A DNA stretch of 64,000 nucleotides, from positions 11,966,001 to 12,030,000 of the forward strand of contig CP075492.1 of NCBI GenBank assembly GCA_021613535.1. The letters run 5' to 3'. A program made the translations under genes and the position numbers. Position 1 is the first letter of the stretch. Each line of letters opens with the position of its first letter. Source of the DNA: Adineta vaga (Eukaryota > Animalia > Rotifera). The notes beneath the pieces are model-generated. The model saw nothing but the letters and a program-made list of their open reading frames with translations. It had not been told where the DNA came from and made no database searches. Of the stretch, positions 54,100 to 64,000 are shown piece after piece.

Positions 54100-54736
54100 T
54101 TAAATACGTTCTTCACGTTCTAAAAATAGAAATGCATGCTACATAGTATATAATTGGTTAAAACAAGACACTTACTAAGAATGTAATAGAGACACAAACC
54201 TGCCAGACTGAGTAATACGAGAAAAGCAAAAACAATACAACACCATGACCAACATGGACAATCAGCATTCAAACTCAATGCCGGAATAAGACTAAATGAA
54301 GCCCTCGGTGGAACGTTAGATGCTGTCGTATACATGACTGGTTCAGGTTCTGGTGAAACCTATATTTTCATTGCTATATCAATGGAAATTACGAATGTAA
54401 CAATACATACTACATAAGTATCACGAGTATGCATTAATGGAGGTGCTTTGCGATCAGGCATAAAAATCGTTTCTTTAAGAACTGGTCGATGAACGATCTA
54501 GAATGATGTAAATAATGCATCAAATATTCTCAAGAAAAATCAATATAATACTTCAACAGGTCGTTCGAAAGGTTCATCACGTTTATAAAAAATTGCTTCG
54601 TCTAAAAGTTCTGTTTTACCTGGTTTTCTAACCTAAATCAATTCAAATAAATATGATTTTTCTCTTTTGAAAACGAATAAATTCTTACGTAATAATTCGG
54701 ATTCAAATCTTGTGAAAAACCACTTGCAATCGGCAT
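54100..54736 (-). CDS. Uncharacterised small tail-anchored membrane protein (five exons)
   Basis: In-phase GT-AG exons: MPIASGFSQDLNPNYY|VRKPGKTELL..|IVHRPVLKE..|VSPEPEPV..CPCWSWCCIVFAFLVLLSLAGLCLYYIL|KREERI*. Confidence 0.65.
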
Positions 54737-55080
54737 GTCTTCTTTTTGTTTCTAAATTTAAATTTGTCTGCTATATAAAATCTCACACAACACATAGAAA
54801 TAACCTTGTCAACTTGCTTTTTTCTCTTCTTTTATTGTAAATCGATCATCTTCGTTCATCTGTTACATGAAATTCGAGTTAAAGTTAACGTATATGATGT
54901 CACCAGACGAATTGTGTAAATGTACATCTCAGATATCGGTCGTCTAGATGATGAATAAAGTTCGAAAAAAAAGAGAATATCAAATTGAAAGAGCTTTTTG
55001 TTTTTATAAATGATCGATTTGGTAACAGAGATGTAATGTCATCTATTAGAATATTAATTATTGTTTACAAATAAAAGATT

Positions 55081-56204
55081 TTATTTGAAAAAAAGATTTA
55101 TGAATAAAACTATTATGAAGAATAAAAACATGTGTGAAAACAATGCTTTTGATCCATTTGTTTGTAATAGTTGAAGAACATAATCGGGATGATCAGTAAT
55201 AAAACCATCAACTTGTACAGTATGCCAAAAGTAGTCAACAAGTTTTTCAAAGCTGCTTCCTGGAAATAAATCTTTTCGAAACGTAAATGGATAAACCATA
55301 AGATTTGATTCATGTGCCCATTTCGTTAGATTACTTGTACCAATAATTGTTCCATTAGAATCATAATCAACTACGAGTAGATGATCAGGTGCTAAAGCTT
55401 GAACAGTATTGGCAAGAATACTAATTCCTTCTTTACTTCGATAGAAATCATAATCACTCGAAGATTCTCCAACACGATTTAGTGTCATTAATGCAAATAA
55501 ACGTAATTGACTACTATGATTGTGACGAATATTCATCAATTCTTCAATATGAAATGTTTGAATAATAACGGGATCAGTTGGTTGAGTTAAATTATAGGCA
55601 TCCAATGTTGCAAGTACAATGGATGATATGGATCGATTATGTTGAGTATGATATTCTGGTTTTTTAATTTCAATTAATAATTGTCGTTTTCGACCTGTTG
55701 CACGATTAAGACCAAGAAGTAATTCAATTGTTTCATTCAATGTTGACAGACGAAAATTTACATTGAACTTTGCAGGAAAACGTAATGGAAATGTTTGTGT
55801 ACCATTCAATGGTCTTACTCGTTCATGAACAGTTAAATCACGTAGTTCATCCAAAGTAAAATCAATCACATAACTCAAACCATTTGAACGATTTCGACCT
55901 GGCAATACTTCACCGACATTTGTTACACCATCCAAATAGATATCTATTTTAAAAAGAATAGAATTAATCAGTAAAAAAACGATAAATATAAATCTGAATT
56001 ACCATGAATAACAATCAACTGATTGTCTTTACTGAGACATACATCGATTTCAATTATATCAGCACCATATGCATGTGCCATAGATTGAGTTGCTAAGGTT
56101 AGTTCTGGCAAATAGGCTGTACCACGGTGTCCAATAACAAGTGGACGTTGTTGTAAACCTTGAGAATTTGCAATGGAATACAAAAATAACAAGAAGATTA
56201 ACAT
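55081..56204 (-). CDS. glpQ: Glycerophosphodiester phosphodiesterase, bacterial GlpQ type, one intron; signal peptide and a hydrophobic GPI-like C-terminus
   Basis: VIGHRGTAYLPELTL..MAHAYGADIIEID..SKDNQLIVIHDIYLDGVTNV..IDFTLDEL, EIKKP, IIQTF, YPFTFRKD, VDGFITDHPD. Confidence 0.9.
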
Positions 56205-57031
56205 GTTTTGTACGTAATAAAATACGATGTATTGCTTTGAAATTATTTCAGTATTTATAAGTTTGAAAATGCATATCTTCGTCTAATTTATGACAACATA
56301 AATGTCTACAGTATGTCGTAAGATTTATACGAAAAATACATGTGATATGGTATTAGCATATGGATTAAAGATGAAGTATATAACATGACATTAAACTGCT
56401 TTTCTAAGAACTAACTATGTGTTTTTGACACAAGTATAATGATGAAAATTTTCAGATTTCATAATACGATTCATCAGTCCACTTTTCATATATATGCATA
56501 CAAAACAAAATCAACGCTTCATCTTTCGAATAGGAACTAACTCATAAAAAAGTTTCAAATGGATTATAAAATATAATAAATAGTTATAAAGCAACACCTT
56601 AATACGAATCTTGATTTTATTCTCACATTTACGAACATACTTGTACACTCTTGATCATTTATCTATGAAATCCATTGAATAGTTCTTATCCGTTCTCTAA
56701 TCACTTGGTAACAATTTTCGTTGTTTAGCAAAGACCAACTATTAACTCCATCTATCATTTATCTTTTTATACACAACACAAGCATTCATTCTTTTCTCTT
56801 TGAACAAACTATGCGTATTTCACAATGGAGCAATCAGAAAGAATCATTAGTTATTAATATGAATATAATGATTTCATATCCTCTACCTTTGTCTTTTCGT
56901 ATTCAATATACAAAAGCTGGCGGTCTTTGTACTTTCACATCGTCTTTTGTTGTTTGTATAACTACATATAAGTAGTTAATCTTTTCTTCTTTTTCTACAT
57001 TAGATATTGAAAACATATCGTATTCGAAATC

Positions 57032-57967
57032 ATGTTGAAAGCTATTGTATTTACTATTTTCCTTGTTGCATCACCATCATTCGGTTTAATTGATAGTTTA
57101 TTTCGAGCACAAAATGACTGTTATTCAGGTTGTCGTTCGACTTATGCTTTGAGTTCATCGAATATCTTTTCTTGTCAATCAGGTTTGTTTGTTTTCTTGA
57201 TTCGAAAAGACGTGATTCATTTTCTTTGTAGGATGTAATTATAAATTACAAAACGAAAACTGTGTTGATCAATGTCGATTATTTACCGTCGAGGAACAAA
57301 AGCAAGCAAGTTGTCTTGTTGGTTGCTCAACGAATCAAGTTGTAAGTGGTAGAAAAAGGCAACAGATTATTTATATTATAGAATTGAATATTTTAGAATC
57401 TCGATGATCGTTCACCTCGAATTACTGTCGTTCGTATTCATACACCAATGGAAATATCCAATGAAAAGACAAAACCAATTCTTCAATCTGTTTCCGATAG
57501 ATTCAAGAAAATCATTGAATTAACCAAAAATTTTTATCCACTATCTTCAAATGATGCTAATCAAGAATCAATCAAACATTTCATTGTTCTCCATGGAACT
57601 AAACTTGAATCAACAAAGAATCAAATTCACCAATATGCCGATCAACTTAATGGTTATTGGAATGAATTTATTCATAAACAATCAAAAGTTGCAATTTGGT
57701 TTTTTCTTGGTCTTTGTTTTTTCTCATGTGCGCTACTTTGGTGTAAGTTTGTTGTTGTTTTTATTAACTGTAAATTCGATTTGTTTTGTTATTGCAGGTA
57801 TGATCGTTTCACTCTGCCGTCATCGACCCACATCACAAGGTTTATCTATTCGTGCTCAAGAACTTGCCTTCGATAATAATTATGAAAAAGAAAAGATTCA
57901 ACCAAATGAATATTATCATGATGCGACACAAGTTGCACCAATTCATGTTAAATTAACACATATCTAA
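57032..57967 (+). CDS. TMEM59: TMEM59-like type I membrane protein
   Basis: Signal peptide, Cys pattern CYSGCRSTY..CQSGC..CVDQC..QASCLVGC, a TM helix and the C-terminus APIHVKLTHI. Confidence 0.65.
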
Positions 57968-58431
57968 AGAAGTTTCTTCTTTTTCTCCTTAATTGATTTA
58001 ATAAACGAAGGAGAGACTTATTTCCTATGTAATTAGTTCGTAGTGAACACTTTTTTCTTTAATGTAAATGGTCTGTTGTTCTTCATTTTTAATTCTCATA
58101 ATAAAAAAATCTCCTTTTTAACACAAAAACTTAAATCATAATGACTAATGAAATGTTACAGTCAAATCCTAAGTCTTACTAATCATATGTTTGTTTTCAA
58201 AATGTATTTTGTCATCGGAATATGATAAGATAACAGACTTCTTTTTTGTCAGATCTAATCTATTTAAACAAATGTTTGTTATACGAGAGTTAACGTTCTT
58301 TTTTTTCGCAAGAATAAACATTGTCGATTTATTTAAAAAGAAAGAAATGAAACAATTACAACTTTTTAGAAATGCATGTATAATAAATTTAGTTCATCAT
58401 GGATTATTCATATATATAGAAAGAAAATAGT

Positions 58432-60548
58432 TCAATAAACTTTACTTGATTCATCCATTCGAAAGGCATTTTCAGAATTCATCGCTAAACAAAGAGGAAA
58501 AGAAAGGTTATACATAAATTAAATGATCTTGGAGTTACCTTCAATATTCGCTTCAGCTTCTCGACGATCTTTAACAATAAAAAAAGCTGCAGAAAGGAAA
58601 ACATTCCACCTAAACAAGCAACAACTGGTGTTAATAACAATCCATTACGTAAAGAGCTCCAACGAATTGTAGGATCTTCTGAACCTTTCCGATAATAATC
58701 ACTGATAATACCAACTATATAGGGACTGGATGCATCGCCCTACAAAATAAAATATTAAATGATCAAGATGAATTTAGATAGAAACAACTGACCAATAAAT
58801 GCATAATAAATAATTGAATCGAACTTGCTGTGGAACGTCTTGATGGAACAATAACATACTACAGGAGATTTAGAAAAACGAATTCTTATTTCAAATTCAG
58901 TTGAAAATTTTACCATCAACATATCCGATATTAATGCCCAATTACTGGAAAGAAGTGTTTCACAAATAAATATACAGATCCATGTTGTTATTTTATCGCT
59001 TTTAGAGAATATAAGTAGAACAACTAAAAATGGTAAGGATAGAAGTACAGCAACACCACAAACAATTGGATCACCACGAAGATTTCGTTTTCGATAACTA
59101 TAAGATAAAGTTTTTTCATGTAAATTCAAACGAAATTCATGACATCGAGTGACGATGTGTAGTTGAACTTTCTCGATAGACTTACCGTCTAGCAATCTCA
59201 CTTCCAAGTAGTACACCAAGTAATCCCGATGCACACGTTATGATACCGAAATAAAGACTAACACTAAAAAGAAAAAAAAAGTCAAGTATTTAATTATTAA
59301 TGTTAGAAAATGCAGTACTTTTCTTCAGTTTCCGTCTCAATTTGAGCAAATTGAAGAAATTTTGGACCATGCCATGCAAGAGAACCTAATGCAAATGCTA
59401 CCCATGTAAATCCCAGAGTTGTTAGAACAAAACTTTTTCTAAACGAAATATTATAGTCATCAAACTATTTCATCAACATTGAATTTTGACAAACACTTTA
59501 ACGATCTTTATGACGTCAGAGAACCAACTTTCACGTTTCAGAATTTGTGCTCCATCAGCACTACCTCGATCTGGTTCTTTGACAAGAATAGCAAGTAATA
59601 TGACACAGATGAAACCAAGAGGTGGTGTCACCTAAAGAAATAAATTGATCTATATACTTTTTTTTCATTAGACAAAATTCATTACTCGTAAAGCCCAACG
59701 CCAATCTCCACCAAATGCTCTGGAAACAGACGAGCCAACAATATAACCGAGACCACTATATTGAAATTAATTGAAATTATTTCTTGGGTAAACATCTCAT
59801 TTTTACCCGCCTAATGGAACAGCAATATTAAAAATGGCTAACATAAGTGTTCTCTTATCATGTTTATACATATCTGCAATAATAGTTGGTGCAATACATG
59901 AATAAGATGCTTCACCAACACCGACTAATCCACGTAAAATTAGAAATAAAGGAAATAACTAAGCAGACTAGATTGAATTAGGAAATAAATATGTTTTAGA
60001 TAAAATTTACATTCTCTGGAACAAATGATCCAGCTAAAGTAGTCAATGACCAAAAACTAACACCAAAAATAATGATCAATTTCCGACTATATCGATCTCT
60101 AAAAAATAACAAAGAAAAGACTTTCTATTAATGTTTTTTTTTAAATTAATTTTTACCCTAAATAACCAAATAATGGTGCTAATGCCATGTAACTACAAAC
60201 AAATACTGTCTGCAGAAGTCCACTTGTTTGATCCGAAATGTTGAAACGTTTTTCAATTACTTTTAATACTCCTAAAGATAAATTTATTTATGAATAAGAA
60301 GTATTTTATCAATATTCAATGATTACCAGCAATGGCAAATCGATCCATATAGTTAAGTAAATTGATTAGAAATAAAACAAGCATAGTAATAGCATTTTTG
60401 TATCGATCTCGACGAGAAGATCGACTTGAAAGAATTACCTAAAGAAAATGAACGATATAATAGGGTAAAAATTTCTAAATATAAATCATACATTTGGTTC
60501 TATATCAGTTTCAAGTACTGGTAATGTATCCGGAATAGCAACCGACAT
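58432..60548 (-). CDS. SPNS1: Spinster-family MFS transporter (multi-exon)
   Basis: [88 protein letters not shown]. Confidence 0.92.
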
Positions 60549-61083
60549 GATGAACGCACTCTAATCTAACTGTGTCAACATATGGGTAACCTACTCAGCA
60601 ATGTAATATATCCATTCATTTTTCTTCTAGATATTTCAATCTTCTTCAGTTTATTTATCACAAATAAAAAAGTTACAGGTAGACCTTTTTAACATTGTCA
60701 ACTAGTGGCATCTTGATGTGCCGATAAAACTTTATACGCTCTTAGCAATCTTCCACTATATGATGTACTGTTTTCACATCAGCTGCTTCGAAATTCGAAC
60801 TATTATTTCGTTCTTGAGTATCAAGGGTAATAAAGAAAAGAAAGAAAACAACATTTCAGTCATAATTTATTTTGATCATACAGTAAAACAAGTATGATTA
60901 GTTTCGTCATTTTCAACGTAACTATTCATATCTTAATTGAGTATGACAGTTTTTGATTCGATATTTGTTCGTGAATAATAAAAATCGATGACGTGCGTCT
61001 GTCTGCTTCCCTATAATAATTTTAATATTAAACAAAAAAGATATTGTATAAAGTAGCACTCAGAGGGCAAAAATACACTAGTT

Positions 61084-63755
61084 ATGTCGGAGGCGAAAAT
61101 TATAGAAAGGGAATATTTTTCCTACGAGAAGAAGTACCTGTGTCATTCGCTTATAAGTATTTTGTCAACTATAGGTATGTATCCAGAAATCGACGATATA
61201 GAATCAACCGTATTCTGCGGTTGTAGTGATACAAAAGATACAAAACAACTATCTTCTCTTTCGAAATATTCAACAACTTGTCCATTTCTTAACATACAAC
61301 GAATGCAAAGTATTCAACTGATTTGGTTAAGTCACGATATTGAATGTGATCAGACAATTGTTCAATTGCAATATATTGTTAGCAACGTTCATACATATAC
61401 CAATAGTGATCAATGCATTGAATTTATTCAAACTATCAATGACAGTAAAGTCTATTTGATTATATCAGATCGTCTTGCACAACATACTTTACCTCTTTTA
61501 CATGGTATATCGCAATTAGACACGATTTTTATATTATCCTCAAATGAAACATATGATAAACAATGGATTAAAGAATGGATGAAAATTAAAGGTATTTTTA
61601 CAGAAATTTCAACAATCTGTGAAGTTTTAAAGAAAATGATTGATCATTATGAAGAAAATTCCATATCATTTAGTTTTATATCATTCAATCAAAATTTTGA
61701 TCAAGTAGATCCAACATACGTGTATACTCAAATTTTAAAAGAAATCTTACCAACAATTAAATATGAAGGAAAATCTATAAAACAATTTACTGATTATTGT
61801 CGAAAGATATTCGTTAAAAATACTTATCAATTGAATAATATTACAGAATTCGAACAATCATATCATCGAAAAACACCAATTTGGTGGTATACTCGTTTTT
61901 CTTTTCTTTATTCAATGCTTAATCGTGCATTACGATTAATGAATGGAGATCTTATTGTACCAATGGGTTTCTTTATTGCTGATCTTCATCAACATATCGA
62001 ACAATTACATAACAAACAATACAGTAATCAATCGACTAGCCAACCATTTATTGTCTATCATGGACAAGGTTTATCCAAAGTGACTTTTGAACAGATGTCA
62101 AAATCTATAAGTACTGTCATGTCATTTAATAGTTTTCTAATCACCAATACGAATATCGAAAAGTCTCGTACATTCGCTGAAAATGCTGTGAATGCTTCCG
62201 ATTTAATAGGAATTATTTTCATTATACACATTGATTCAACTCAATCAACAACATCATTTGTTTCGATTCGTGACGTCAGTTATTCTCAGGAAGAAAATGA
62301 GATTCTCTTTTCTTTACATACAATCTTTCATATAGATAGTATTAAATCAGTCGATGATAATAATCGCCTCTATGAAGTGAATTTAACACTTGTCAATGAT
62401 AAGAATAAAGAATTATATGATTTTACCGATAAAATCAGACAGGAAACGTTTTCGAACAATGAAGGCTGGCATCGGTTAAGTTTAGTTTTAATCAAAATGA
62501 ATCGATTAGAACAAGCCGAAGAAATTTATAATAATCGACTCAACCAAATAGCAAATCAAAATGAAGAAGCATATATTTATATACAATTAGGTTGGATTAA
62601 AGAAAAACAAGAGAAATATTTGGAAGCAATTCAATGGTATAACAAATCAGTTATGATTTATCGAAAAATTCTACCATTTCATCATCTTACTTTAATTAAT
62701 TTATACAAATGGATTGCCAGTATATATTATAACATAAGTGAGTATTCGAAAGCACTTCAATTGTATGAAGAAACTCTTCAAATTCAACAAATAACATTAC
62801 CATCGAATCATATTGATTTGGCTGATATTTACAATCACATCGGTAATATACATTACAATATGAAGAACTATTCGAAAGCACTTTTATCTCATGAAAAAGC
62901 TCGTACAATTCGAAAACAATCACTATTTGCTACTCATTCAGATTTAATCTTGTCTTATAATAATATTGGTATTGTGTATTTCAGTATGGGTAATTATTCT
63001 CAAGCACTTGTATATCATCACAAAAGTCTTGTAATTCAACAACAAAAGTTTCCTCTTGATCAATTCAGTCTCAGTAAATCATACGATACTATTGGAAATA
63101 TACATTATACGATGAATGATTATAAACAAGCACTTGAATTTTATGAGAAAGCTCTCGAAATTCGTGAACAATCACTTTCTTCGACTCATCTCGATCTAGC
63201 AAAGTCATATAACAATATTGGTGATGCATACGAGAGTATGAATCATTATTCGGAAGCACTTCTATCATATGAAAAAGCTCTGACAATTCAACGCCAATCA
63301 CTTTCTTCCAGCCATGAAGATCTGTCGAAATCCTACTATGATATTGGTCATGTGCTACATAAAATGGGTGATTATTTACAAGCACTTTCATCTTATAGCA
63401 AAGCGCTTAAAATTCAACAACAACTACTTCCTTTTAATCATCCTGATTTAATTACAACTTACGAGAACATTAGCATGTGTACTATAGTTTAAAAGATTAT
63501 CCAAAAGCACTTTCGTTATATGAAAAAGTTCTGAAAATTCAACAACAAATATCATCTTGTAATCAAGTTGATTTAAGCCATTCTTACGTAAATATTGGTA
63601 ATACACAAGTCAAAATGGCTGATCATTCGAAAGCACTTTCATCATACAGAAAAGCTTTTCAAATTCGAAAACAATCACCTTATACAAATCGTTCTCATTC
63701 TATTGTCATCTGTAATAACGTGGAGCATATGGAAGGCAGTACAAATGATCATTAA
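61084..63755 (+). CDS. Intronless ADP-ribosyltransferase-like and TPR-repeat protein with a degenerating 3' end (frameshift near 63475, stop at 63753)
   Basis: Receiver-like N-domain (LIWL..DQCIEFI..YLIIS), ART-like region (PIWWYT..LYSMLNRALR..VYHGQGL..SFNSFLIT..EENEILF) and about nine 42-aa TPRs (DLAKSYNNIG..YSEAL..YEKAL.I). Confidence 0.8.
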
Positions 63756-64000
63756 GAAAAATGTTCGTTCTATGAACGTGCTCTATCGACTCGACGACGT
63801 CAACTACAATTAGATTTATCCAATCCATGCAAATAGAGAATTAACATAGAGGGCATTAATCTTGTGGTTTTTACATATTAAAAAGTAAAAATTTCGAACT
63901 CAACATTTTAATATAGAACACAGAAGATATGATTAGTGTGTATTGTAGACGAAGAGTTGGTAATATCATGAAGATATAGTTCCTAAGATAAGAATAAGAA

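Noticed and set aside
1-64000. CRISPR arrays, prokaryotic operons, rRNA, an SL RNA gene or bacterial contamination
   Set aside because: None seen. The foreign-type genes carry spliceosomal introns and are interleaved with metazoan genes at uniform base composition.

Overview
Eukaryotic, very AT-rich, gene-dense genomic DNA with many short (about 50-65 nt) GT-AG introns. It is not prokaryotic, so the ORF track shows only exon fragments, and I spliced the gene models by eye. The gene set is metazoan (Pax1/9, RIC-3, RGS-RhoGEF, LRR-Ig receptor, Spinster). It is mixed with intron-bearing genes of bacterial or other non-metazoan type (DUF2252, GlpQ-type GDPD, RihA/URH1-type nucleoside hydrolase) and an intronless ADP-ribosyltransferase-TPR gene. 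That combination strongly suggests a bdelloid rotifer (inference). I find about 24 protein genes and one tRNA-Pro(AGG). Main points: (1) a divergently transcribed pair of foreign-type genes (nucleoside hydrolase and a kinase-like DUF2252), followed by an orphan 75-aa repeat peptide gene and a Ub-like orphan; (2) two tight co-directional clusters (RIC3-USP5-EMC6 and ALG11-like-EXOSC9) with splice acceptors just before the downstream ATGs and a shared TAGATGGCG motif at the cluster heads, which are candidate SL trans-spliced operons; (3) enzymes with rewired or dead active sites (GCLC, ALG11, ART); (4) a protein with two THAP domains, an AT-hook and POGZ-type zinc fingers whose start codon appears split by an intron; (5) single-base frameshifts in USP5 and in the ART-TPR tail; (6) two alternative first exons on a KIF12-like kinesin. 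All family calls come from motif recognition; no searches were run.
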